A DNA stretch of 60,000 nt, taken from NCBI GenBank assembly GCA_964187785.1, contig OZ076409.1, positions 31,932,001 to 31,992,000 of the forward strand, read 5' to 3'. The position numbers and the translations under genes are program-made. The notes beneath the pieces were generated by a model, which was given only the letters and a program-made list of their open reading frames with translations, did not search any database and was not told where the DNA came from. Shown here in pieces: positions 8,132 through 20,100 of the stretch; position 1 is the first letter of the stretch, and each line of letters begins with the position of its first letter. This DNA is from Amphiscolops sp. MND2022. Taxonomy: Eukaryota.

Positions 8132-11100
8132 TCAATGAATATGAGAAGTGTAACCATCTTGGTTAACAATCTCATATGTAATATCGGAAAGTTTATTAAT
8201 GATTTTAAATGGTCCAATTCTGAGTGGTTTCAATTTATCTGAAAAATGAACATGGAGAAAATTTCTTTTTAGTACAAAGGTGCCAATGTCTAAGGGTCTT
8301 GGATTGTTATATGTTTTATTAAAATAGGCAAATGAATTAATTTTTCTTTTTGTGTTTTCATATACCGTGTGGTAGATTCGTATCATAGCAGTTTCAGTAG
8401 CCGAAATCCATTGTGGAATTGGTTTCGATAAGATTTTATGGAAGAAAGGGTTTAAATTTGATTTGTCATAATGTATATGAAGTGGTAAATCTTGACAGTA
8501 TTGAGAGGTACAATTTCTATAAGTATCTCTTTGAAGGTTGAGTTCAAAGTTGATTGGTGTTCGTTGTATAATATGAAAAACTAATTCGTATGGTGAAAGA
8601 TTTAATTCAGAAAGTGGTTGTGAATTTGATGCGTAAGCGTACAAATGGACTTGTGTAGACTGGTTTTCTGGTGTGTTATGTAAAAAAAGTCTGAGGTGGG
8701 TTCCAGGGTTTTTGTTTTGCTTTCCTATTAGGCCATTTGTCCAATGTGCGTAAGGACTTCTTGGTGAATGTCTGATTCCCATTGTGGTACAAAGGTTTGC
8801 AAGTTCAGAATTAATGTTTTCTGAACCACGATCTGTAACGAAATATATGGGAGGTCCAAATTGGGTAATCCAGTGATGTAATAAGGAATTACCAGCCTTT
8901 TGAGCATTGTTTTTAACAGATACTGTTACTACGAAATGACTAAAAGCATCTACTATCACATGAATGTATGAGTTCTAATTTGATGGTGGATTTATAGGTC
9001 CTTTTGTATCCATTGATATTCGGTAATTAAAATACGAAGCATTTTCTGAAAATGTTTGTAACGTTGCGGTTTGAAATTTTTGATTATTGTGTTTGTTTTG
9101 TTGACATTCAATACAATCGTGAATGAATACTGACATCCATTTATTCAAATATGGTATGAAATAAAATTGAATAAAAGCTTTTATGGATATTTTATATCCT
9201 GAATGTCCATGTGCATGAAATTTATTGAAAGCTGCATGAAAGAGTTTAAATGGTAAACATATTTTGTCTTTTGGAACTGGGTTTGAAATATGGATGTTAG
9301 GATAATCTATGTGAATGTCTTCTGTATCATGATTGATATACAGTTGGTTGAAGAGTTTATAATAAACTGATAAGAAGAAATTACTTGCTATTGTTGGGTC
9401 TATTTGTAAAGGTCTTTCATTTGTTTTCAGCCAATGAAAAACTTTTTGTAAGACATGGTCTTGTTTTTGTTGAGATTTTATAGTTTCAATTGTTATTTGA
9501 GGATCTTCTGGTAGGAAGAAATAATGAAAGTATCTTTTGTATTCGAAGAAAGATGGATCAAAAAAAGAAACTTGTTGATTAAAGTAATCAGATTTAGTGG
9601 GATACTGAATTGCTAAGGATTGTTCTTTCAACGTATTAGTGTTTTGGTTTTTCGAATCTTGTGATTGGTTTGGTTCATCTTCGTCACTAAAAATATCAGT
9701 GTCATTGAGAATTGTTGATTGCTGCAAAAATGATGCTGCTTGATTTTTTGTAGGTCTTTTGTATTTAGATTCAAACGGAACAATGGATTGAAAGGAAAAT
9801 GAATCTAAGGGTTTTATGTGAATGTCTTCTCCTTCGTTGTTTATACGAATGGAAAATTGATCTTCACCATAATCAACGAGGATTAGATGGCAATCATTTT
9901 TTTGATTATATTTAGTTTTTTCGTGTTTTACTAAATATTGTACTGGTCGGAGTTGATTATCTTTCCTGATAGCGAAATCGATTTGGGGTGGTAGTTGTTT
10001 GTGTCGTAGTTGAGGTATTTGAAGTTGTTCTTTTGTGAAAGTTCTTGAAAGCATGTCTGCTACAATTAGGTTCTTTCTAGGAGTATGAAGAATTTTGAGT
10101 TTAGGAAATTGTGTTAGTTGCATTTGTGCTCTATAAAATCTTGGACTAAGATTTCCTTTTTTTGCAAAACAATGTAGTAGAGGTTTGTGATCTGTAAAGA
10201 TGTATATTGGATGAGGAGATCCAATAATGAGAAATTCATGTATTTGTAATGCATAAACTATTGCGAGAAGTTCTCGATCTAATAATGAAAGTTTTTGTTC
10301 TTGTGTATTAAGGATTCGTGAATTATTTGAAAAAACTTTCATTTTATTTTCTTCATTCATTTGGAATAGGACCGCGCCTAAACCAACTAAGGGAGCATCA
10401 ACTGTTATGAAAAATGTGTGTGTTGTATTGAGTATTGTTAATTCAGTTTCTGCTGTCATTGCATTTTTAACATCTTGGAATATCTTTTCTAATTCAGGTG
10501 TCCATTGAAATTTAACATCATCATGTAGTAAAGTATATAGTGGTTTGAGATTTGTATGTAACTTTTCAACAAACTTTGAATAAAAGTTTACGCTGCCTAA
10601 AAATTGCATAACATCTTTCTTTTCTTTTGGTGAACGATTTTTTTAATGGCTTCAATTTCAGATGGAATTGGTTTAATTGTGTTGTTTCCTATTTCATGTC
10701 CAAAGAATTTTACTTCAAGTAACATGTAAATTGATTTTTCAGGTGCAAGTTTGAGATTTTATTTTGTAGCTAGTTTATGAAGTTCTTTGATGAGTTCAAA
10801 CATTTTTTGTTTTTCGTCTGCCAACAGTAGTATGTCGTCGATATACACTAACGCAGAACGTTTGTCTATGAGTGAGCAAAAGACGGTTGACATTTGTTTT
10901 GTGAAAAAGTTTGGAAGTCCTTTTATTCCATAGAATCATCGGATAAAGATATACAATTTATCTCCGGATGAAAATCCTGTGAGTTTGATTTTTTCTTCGT
11001 CTAATGGGGTATGAGCATATGCATACATTAAATCAAAAGTTGATTTGTATTTTTTGTTAGCTCTAGCTAATTGAGGTGCTAAAGGTTCAATGGGCCAAGA

Positions 11101-12100
11101 TTCGAATTCTTGATTAGTGTTTGAGTTTGAATGTCTAGCATCTAGAACAACTTTTATTGCATCTCCTTCGGGGATAATGATTAAAGGGTTTAAAAATGTT
11201 GTTCCAATAGTGTGTTTTTCATCAGGCGTGGAGCCAATTTGTTTTATTATATAATATTTTTCGAGTTCTGTTAAGAGTTTATTCAATCTATCTCTGTAAT
11301 GAATTGGTACTTTAGAAGGTCGTTGTTATTGAAGTTTACAATTTTCTTTATTTCTAAATCTGATTGGAGTAGAAACGTTTCCTACGTCGTTTCGGTGTTT
11401 GGCGTAACAATGTTGAATAATAATAAGGATATTGCAAAGGTTTACATATTCAGTATCAGTCAAATTTGAATATTCAAAGTTAAACTTTTCTATGAATTGC
11501 TGATTTTCTGCAGTCTATGGTAGTAAAGGAAAATCTTTTCTAATTTTATCTGAGGGTCTAAGGTTTCCTGTGACTGAAGGTATGAGTAACTGAAGTGTTT
11601 TGTCGTTTATTTCTTGTTTGTTGATTTCTAATAAAGATTGTGGAAATGTTGAAAAATGTGTTTTTGTAGGAAGGTTTGGATGTTGTTCTTTATATGTCAT
11701 AATAGTTTGTTGAAAATCTATGTTTTGAAAATATCTCTTGAAGAAAGGTGCTCCAAGAATATTATATTTAATGTTTGCTAAAGCAAATTCAATATTGAAA
11801 GATTGGTTTTGATGAATTACTTCCAAAACATGTCATTGAGATATAGTGCAATATTGGTACTTCAGTTTGATTGGCAACTGTAAGTGTTTTTGCTCTTCTA
11901 ATTTCAATATCTTTAGGAACACTGAGGTTTAATTATTTTGCAATTACTTGAAATGTTGATAGGTTCAAAACTGATATAGAAGCTCCAGTATCTAAAAAGA
12001 ATAGAATCTCTAGTTTTGAAGGTAACATGTTGCCTTTTTTTCGGAAGCATGTATATATAGTGGATAAAACCAACTATAAGGAGTAATTGTATTGGCAATT
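8132..12100 (-). pseudogene. pol: Gypsy pol (protease, RT, RNase H, integrase), multiple frameshifts
   Basis: FLDTGASISVL protease (~11990); VVLDAR, DLMYAYAH and LVYIDDILL RT (~10840); TVDA..GLGAVL, RELLA, TDHKPL and ADMLSR RNase H; HAHGH..CIEC zinc finger, SMDTKGP, TDRGSE integrase, GPF motif. Confidence 0.92.
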
Positions 12101-12369
12101 TCAGTTAGTTTGCATTTATGAATTTCAAATTTAGTACTATCTTTGTCATTGGTAGGTTTAACATCTACTTGATTTATTCTATTTTGTTGTCTGTTTTGTG
12201 AAGGTGTCCTAGATCGTGATCTGTAATCTCTTGGTTTGGATGGAGATCTATACGGGTAATTATGTCGTCTAAAGGAGTTTCCTTGTGATTGAGAACGAGA
12301 TCTATATCTTGATAGAGAATTGTATCTATAATTGGAGTTGTTTCTATATGGTGGTCTATAGGGAGATCT

Positions 12370-14270
12370 TTATGGAGTTCTTCTTTGATAGTGATTGTGA
12401 TAGCGAGATCTAGATTGATACGGGCTTTGAGATCTATCATAGTATCTTTGTCGAGAATTCGATCGATAAATATTTTGTGAGTAATCTCTACTGTTGCTTC
12501 GGTATCTGTCGTTATTCCTATATCTATTATTGTAATAGGAATTGTTTTGATTATGTCTGTCAGAAGAATCATTTTTATTTTCATTTCGATTTTCTTGTGC
12601 ATTATTGGGTTTACTTCGAAAGTATTGCACAAAGGATTGTTGAGGAGTTCTTGATCTGTGATTTTTTTATCTCTGGTATTCTTCATAACGTTGTTTTTGA
12701 TAACAATTTGAAACACTATGGTTGTTTTTATGGTTGTTTTATGGTTGTTGTGGAATGGTATTGATGGTTCAAGTAATGTTGGTACATGTTTAGCTTGTCT
12801 TTTGTGAGCAAAATCTTTTAACTTTTTAGGTCATACTTTTGTGAAAATTTCATTGTTTTTGAGGTTTATGGTAGCTGCATTTTCATTGCACCATCCCTTT
12901 TTAGCTAATTGTGTTACTCTAAGAGCAAAATAACGTACCGTTTCATTATCTTTTTTCATGAGTGCTATAGCTTCTACTTGTGCATTATAAGCTGTTTGTT
13001 GAGATGAGAATTGTTTTTTAAACAGTTATACAATTGAATTCCGCTGTTGTTTATATGATATATGGAGGTTTGTGTACCAATCAAGAGCTGTTGCAATTAA
13101 AGAACGTTGTATATGTGCCATGCGTCTATTAGGCCACGACCTATGTTTAACAGGATTATTTTGAGGTTCTTCACCTATAGCAAAGGTTAATCTTGCTTCA
13201 ACCTGTTGTAAATAATCATCTGGGGTGCAGGAATGGTCTAAACCGTCGAAAGGTTTCATTGGTTCTGGTATTGAAGCTGAAGTATTTATGAATGTATCTT
13301 GTTGTACTGGCATATATTGAAGTGGGGGAGCTACAGATTGTACCATGTTTACGGATGGTAAGTTTGTAGTTGGGTTATAAGTTGTATGTTGATTCATTTG
13401 ATTTAGAGGATCAGTAGATATTTGTGAAAGTGGAAGATTTTGAGATCTTCTCTGAGAATATTGTACAACGTTTGAATACGTTTTTTGATTTTGTGGAGGA
13501 AAATTATTTTTTGAAACATTTGTCTGTAGTAAATGTGCATATGGATGGTGTGTCGTTGAATTATTATTATTGTTAGATTGAGGAACATTTGGAATATTGT
13601 TCATTTGAATAGTTGTATTTGCTTGTGGAAAAAAGGAGTAATTAAATGGATCATAGTATTGACTAGAAGTTTGCTGATTACTAATACTATTATTTTCTGG
13701 CTGGATTCTTGTATTTGACTGTTGGAAAGCGGAAGGAATTGATGGAGGATCATATCTGGATCGAGTTATCTTTCGTGTATTACCAAGAATAGTTCTCGTG
13801 GGTGATAAAACATTAACAGAAGTATCACGCGTATAGGTTACATTTTGAGTTTAATTTTGTACTGTGTCATATAGCTGTGGACCATGCGTATTTTGTCTTG
13901 GATTAACAAATCTAGTTGGAACTCTAACGAATTGTGTGTTTGGTGTTTCAGTTTGTGATGTGTTTTGTGCTGAAGATGTAGAATCTGGAGTTGTATACTC
14001 ACTTGCATTATGGTCGTTCATATTGTGTACAATGTCTTCATTGCGATTTTCATTTGGTTTTTCAACTATACAATCTTCGTTATTATTATCATTTTCATTG
14101 TAGTAGTTATTATTAATGAATAGATTTTGTTGCTCTTGAAATTCTGTCCATAACAATAAGGTCTATTATCATCAAGAAGGTTGTTTTCTGTAGTTAAGCG
14201 AGGTTCAAAAGATATGAGATCTAAGTTTTGTTTTTCTATTTTATCTGGTTGGGAAAAGTAAGGATGTTCA
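12370..14270 (-). pseudogene. gag: Gypsy gag, frameshifted and internally deleted
   Basis: PMKPFDGLDHSCTPDDYLQQVEARLTF capsid-like motif, ALDWY, ETVRYFALRV, remnant HKNNHSVSNC knuckle, Arg/Ser/Asn-rich C-terminus. Confidence 0.75.
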
Positions 14271-14276
14271 TGTTCT

Positions 14277-15437
14277 TTATTTATTATTAATAGTCATAAT
14301 CATCAGTATACATAAATAGTATTCATCAGCTGTAAAATGAGTACGAAATGCTGTGAAAGGTATTGTTTGTCCGTTCAATGTTATGTCTTTGAAATAGTGG
14401 TATGAGAAATTTTGTATTCGTATTTTATCTGCTTGTAACCAATGATGAGGATTATTTTGAGTTGTAACTAGTCTTTCTATATCTTCTACTTCGAAATTGT
14501 GTACATATTGTTCAAGTTCTTCAAGTGCATTTGGGCTATATTTTGGGTTTTCAAGTGTTAAATTGTATTCTTTTACTTTATTTAGGAAACCATAGAAAAT
14601 TTCTTGAATAAGAATTTGGAGATTAGTTGGAATTTTTGTTCTTCTATATGTTTGAGTTGAGGAAGTTTCTTGTAAAGGAAAAGTTCTTTGAAAAGATGGA
14701 TATTCTGTAGAAGCAGTTGTAGATCTATGTCTAATATAAAAGAGGTATGTATCCAGATGTTCTGTAATAAAAGGAATTGTTTCAAGAGTATAGGGTTCAT
14801 TTTCAAATGGAAGTGGTTTTGTATAATTGTGAACAATGTTGTGTAAAAATGGTTTTATTTCGTCTTTTATTTCGTCTTGCATTTTTAATATGAGGTATTT
14901 CAAAAGGTGAAGGAGAGGAAATTGGGGAGTTCACATTATAGACTAGTTATTGTTGTAAGTATCTTTTCCAATAGGATGCAAAATAAGAATAAACTGGCAA
15001 ATGTATACGTGGTGATAAGTATGATTGTGGTAACCGTTTCCCACATAGTATGTTGTTGTTGGGTTCAAGAAAGTCTATTACAATAATACTAAGTGTAACA
15101 AAGATTTTATCAATTTTATATATATGTATATGAGTGGTCAGAAGTATTATTTTTATAATAAAATTCTTCGGAATACGTGAATTCTTGATGTGTTTTTATA
15201 TGCATTACGTTATGTTCTTGTTGTGAAATTTTAAGTTGGTGATCTTGGATAGTATCGGTGTTGATCTAAAAGACAGAAAAAATATCTTCCGTATTGTTGG
15301 TTTAGTCGTTCAAAATCTGCAGATGTAGGGTTGTAAATAGTATTGGAAAACTCTGGAACTAGATGTGTAGGGGTAGATTTTGAAGGAGTAGAGAAGGATG
15401 AATTGTCAGAAATTTGGTTATGTGTGTTTAAGTTCAT
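14277..15437 (-). pseudogene. Extra ORF upstream of gag, unknown function
   Basis: Track ORFs 15231..15437 and 14277..14903 lie between the leader and gag on the element strand; no recognised motif. Confidence 0.5.
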
Positions 15438-16396
15438 ATATTGTGTAATATGACATGAATATGAAATTGTCTGAAGTGTTTATATTATCAGGGATAGAGA
15501 AGAAAGAAGCGGATGCAATAGAATCTGTATCCAACATCAAAAGATTTTCAACAGAATCTGAATTATGATTTAAGTCTGGATTAAGTTAAAGTGTCTGACA
15601 TAAGGCCACTGACACATCCAGTAAGAGTTGTATTTTAGAGCTGGACTTCAATTAGGGTGTCTAACATAAGGTTACTGACACGTCCAGAAAGGTTAAGAGA
15701 ATTTTAATTTTAAGTGGGTTGTGTGTTTTAAGACTAAGGGAGCGGAACTCTGAACAATCAACGTCCACTATCCAAAGTCGGATCAATACAGATCACGATC
15801 AACATTTGATCTTCTGTGTCTTTTACTTTTACTTTTACATCCTGCGAATTCCGAAGATTCGAATGTAGTTCGGTGCCTCTAGATTCTCCTTAATGGCGTT
15901 TAAGGAGTTTAAGCCTAACTAAGGTGTTTAGTCAGCCTTAGAACCAGAATACGCAAACGAAAAGCTAGGTATGGTCTGATTGTCTAAGTCTTATGGGAGG
16001 GAATTGGAATTGTGGGTGCCTAAAAGTAGAAACTACCTTTACTGTGTCTGTTTTATTTACATGCCCTATTTCAGATTTTAGGGCAAAAGAGGTGTATTGA
16101 AAGTGTATGTTTTCGTTAAAATAATTGTTTTGTGCAATTAAGTTTAAACTATGAGCAGGTTAAAATGTTGTTAATAAGAGGATGGTATCAAAGAGATGGT
16201 AAAAGACTTGGTTACTTTTTATGGATTTCAGAATCTATTTCTGAAAGTAAGATTTATTGTTGATTTTTTCTGCCAACACGAAGTTGATATTGAAACGTAT
16301 GTGCTTATAGGTTAAATGGGTCTGACGTGCACTCAGTCAACTATTACACCAGGAGTCCACCTGACGTTCAAGATAGCAGGATTGAAGAAATTATTG

Positions 16397-16661
16397 CCGT
16401 GTCAAGGGTGTTAGAAAACCTTGATAAACCGGACAAAACTGTTTCAACAAGCTTCCGGATAGGTGTGATAAATCAGTATGGAGAACAGAACTGTGTCACT
16501 GTGGATAAATCAGTCCAAAAAAGAGCAGAACTGTGTCACAATGGATAAATCAGTCTGAAAATATACCGTGTCAACGTGTTAGAAAACGTGATAAACCGGC
16601 AGGGCAAGAAGAATAGAAGAAAAACCGTGTCAACGTTTATAGAAAAACGTGATAAACCGGC
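16397..16661. repeat. Short direct repeats in the 5' leader of element C
   Basis: CCGTGTCAA..GTGTTAGAAAA..TGATAAACCGG three times (~16397, 16566, 16625) and CAGAACTGTGTCAC..TGGATAAATCAGTC twice. Confidence 0.75.
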
Positions 16662-16878
16662 TTTGAAGAATTTTTTGTTCTATTTCAAATAGAGACAATT
16701 TTTGTCTAACAATGATGTCTTTGTTGAAGAAATTCAAAAAGTCACAGACTATATTTTCTAGGAAATCTAGAAAAATGTCAATGCAATCGAAAAGAATTTC
16801 GAAGAGAAGAAGTGGTAGGTGTTGTATTGTTGAGAGAAAAGAAAGCATTCAACAAAGAAAGAAGAAATTTCACCAAAT

Positions 16879-17146
16879 TGTGCTGCTTTAAAGAGTCTAA
16901 TATTTTTATTTGGTGGTCTTTCATCTAGATGGTATAGGTCTAAGTCTTAGGACGATGCTAGCTAGCTGACTCTAATAAAGCTTGGAGGTCTGAAAGAAAG
17001 AAAAAGGAAGTCGACTAAACACTAATTATTAGTTTTCTCTCTTAGAGGGAGTTGAGTTTTACAGTCATTCAATATCAAATAAATGTTCATTCTAGAACAT
17101 TCTATAAACATCTAAATACTATTGGTTATTAATGTAGGTCAGTACA
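16879..17146 (-). repeat. 5' LTR of element C (268 bp)
   Basis: Minus strand TGTACTG...AATAAA...CAGCACA (TG..CA, 6/7 terminal inverted match), followed by ATT-TGGTG at the PBS position. Confidence 0.88.
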
Positions 17147-20100
17147 TAAGCAAGCATTTCATTGCATTTACACGCGTTTTTCAGCAAAAACGACGTTAAA
17201 TGCCTAAAACCCGTTAACTCGCGCTAAAAACGTGTTTTAAGCTCATTGTTGGTTTTAACGCAATGAAGGCACTCGGAAAAGTGCAAACGCAGTGAACTAT
17301 GCAAAACTAGGTTACCTGACATTAAAAGACGCATTCCTTTTTCAGCAAAAAGGACAATAAATGCGCTAAAACGCCTAAATTTGCGATAGGAACGCGTTTT
17401 AAGCACACTATTTGTTTTAACGCAATGAAAGTACTGGGAAACGTTCAGTAGCGTTGAATTATGTAAAAAGAAGTTCGCTAACGTTAAAAGAAGCATTTCT
17501 TAGCTTTTAATTGCTTTTGTTCAGCAAAAACGAAAATAAATGCGCTAAAACGCGTGAATTCGCTTTTAAAACGCATTTAATGCACACTACTTATTTTAAG
17601 GCAATGAAAGCACTGGGGGAACGTGCAGAAACGTTGAACTATGCCAAATGAAGTTAAATAACGTTAAAGCAAGCATTTCTTTGCGTTTAAACGCGTTTTT
17701 CACCAAAAGTGACGTTAATTGCGCTAAGACCCGTTAGTTCGCGTTTTAAGCACATTGTTGGTTTTAACGCAATGAAAGCACTCACTGAGAAAGGTGCAAA
17801 CGCGTTGAACTATGCAAAATTAGGGTCACCAATGTAAAAACAACCCTTTCTTTGCATCTAGACGCGTTTCTCAGCAAAAACGACGTTAAATGCGCTAAAA
17901 TGCGTTGATTCGCGCTAAAAACGCGTTTTAATCACATCATCGACTTTAACGCAATGAATGCACTGGGAAACGTGCAAACGCAATGAATTATGCAAAATTA
18001 GGTTCACTAACGTTAAAACAAGCATTTTCCCGCGTTTAAACGCATTTTTCAGCAAAATTGACATGAATTGCTCTAAAGCACCTAAATTCGCAATAGAAAC
18101 GCGTTTTAAGCACAAAATTTGATTTAACGCAATGAAAGCACTGGGAAACGTTGAGTTATTTTGCGCTAAAAAAGCGTTTTTCGCACACTATCGTTTTTAA
18201 CGCAATGAAAGTACTGGGAAACGTTCAGTAGCGTTGAATTATGTAAAAAGAAGTTCGCTAACGTTAAAAGAAGCGTTTCTTAGCTTTTAATTGCTTTTGT
18301 TCAGCAAAAACGAAAATAAATGCGCTAAAACGCGTGAATTCGCTATAAAAACGCATTTAATGCACACTACTTATTTTAAGGCAATGAAAGCACTGGGAAA
18401 CGTGCAGAAACGTTAAACTATGCCAAATGAAGTTAAATAACGTTAAAGCAAGCACTTCTTTGCGTTTAAACGCGTTTTTCACCAAAAGTGACGTTAATTG
18501 CGCTAAAACCCGTTAGTTCGCGTTTTAAGCACATTGTTGGTTTTAACGCAATGAAAGCACTCACTGAGAAAGGTGCAAACGCGTTGAACTATGCAAAATT
18601 AAGGTCACCAATGTAAAAACAAGCCTTTCTTTGCATCTAGACGCGTTTCTCAGCAAAAACGACGTTAAATGCGCTAAAATGCGTTGATTCGCGCTAAAAA
18701 CGCGTTTTAATCACATCATCGACTTTAACGCAATGAATGCACCGGGAAACGTGCAAACGCAATGAATTATGCAAAATTAGGTTCACTAACGTTAAAACAA
18801 GCATTTTCCTGCGTTTAAACGCATTTTTCAGCAAAAATGACAATAATTGCTCTAAAACACCTAAATTTGCAATAGAAACGCGTTTTAAGCACACCATTTG
18901 ATTTAACGCAATGAAAGCACTGGGAAACGTTGAGTTATTTTGCGCTAAAAAAGCGTTTTTTGCACACTATCGTTTTTAACGCAATGAAAGCACTGAGAAT
19001 GGTGCAAATGCATTGAATTATGCAGTACTAGGCTAACTAACGCTAAAATAAGCATTTCTCTGCGTTTAAACGCGTTTTTCAGCAAAAAAGACGTTAGATG
19101 CGCTAAAACGCGTTATTTCGGGCTAAAAACGCGTTTTTTTGCACACTATCGGTTTTAACGCATTGAAAGCACTGGCAATGATGCAAATGCATTGAATTAT
19201 GCAAAACGAGGCTAACTAACGCTAAAAGAAGCATTTCCCTGCGTTTAAACCGTTTTTCAGCGAAAACGACGTTAGATGCTCTAAAACGCGTTATTTCGCG
19301 CTAAAAACGCGTTTTATGCACACTATCGGTTTCAACGGAATGGAAGCACTGGAAAAGGTGGAAATGCATTGAATTATGCAGAATTCGGCTAACTAACGCT
19401 AAAACAAGCGTTTCCCTGCGTTTAAACCGTTTTTCAGCGAAAACGACGTTAGATGCGCTAAAACGCGTTATTTCGCGCTAAAAACGCGTTTTATGCACAC
19501 TATCGGTTTTAACACAATGGAAGCACTGGAAATGGTGCAAATGCATTGAAATATGCAGAACTAGGCTAACTGTCGCTAAAACAAGCATTTCCCTGCGTTT
19601 AAACCGTTTTTCAGCGAAAACGACGTTAGATGCTCTAAAACGCGTTATTTCGCGCTAAAAACGCGTTTTATGCACACTATCGGTTTAACCGCAATGGAAG
19701 CTCTGGAAATGGTGCAAATGCATTGAATTATGCAGAACGAGGCTAACTAACGCTAAAACAAGCGTTTCCCTGCGTTTAAACGCGTTTTTCAGCAAAAACG
19801 ACGTTAGATGCGCTAAAACGCGTTATTTCGCGCTAAAACGCGTTTCATGCACACTATCGGTTTCAACGCAATGAAAGCACTGGGAATGGTGCAAATGCCT
19901 TGAATTATGCAAAACTAGGCTAACTAACGCTAAAACAAGAATTTCCCTGCTTTTAAACGCGTTTTTCAGCAAAAACGACGTTAGATGAGCTAAAACGCGT
20001 TATTTTGCGCTAAAAACGCGTTTTATGCACACTATCGGTTTCAACGTAATGGAAGCACTGGAAAAATTGGAAATGCATTGAATTATGCAGAATTAGGCTA

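Larger units (their letters stand above)
5313..17146 (-). mobile_element. Decayed Ty3/Gypsy LTR retrotransposon with extra ORFs and env-like gene (element C)
   Basis: Minus-strand order: LTR, leader repeats, extra ORF, gag, protease, RT, RNase H, integrase, accessory ORF, env-like gene. Confidence 0.9.

Noticed and set aside
5313..17146. DIRS-type retroelement, suggested by the inverted terminal repeats
   Set aside because: Encodes an aspartic protease and DDE integrase in Gypsy order, with no tyrosine recombinase
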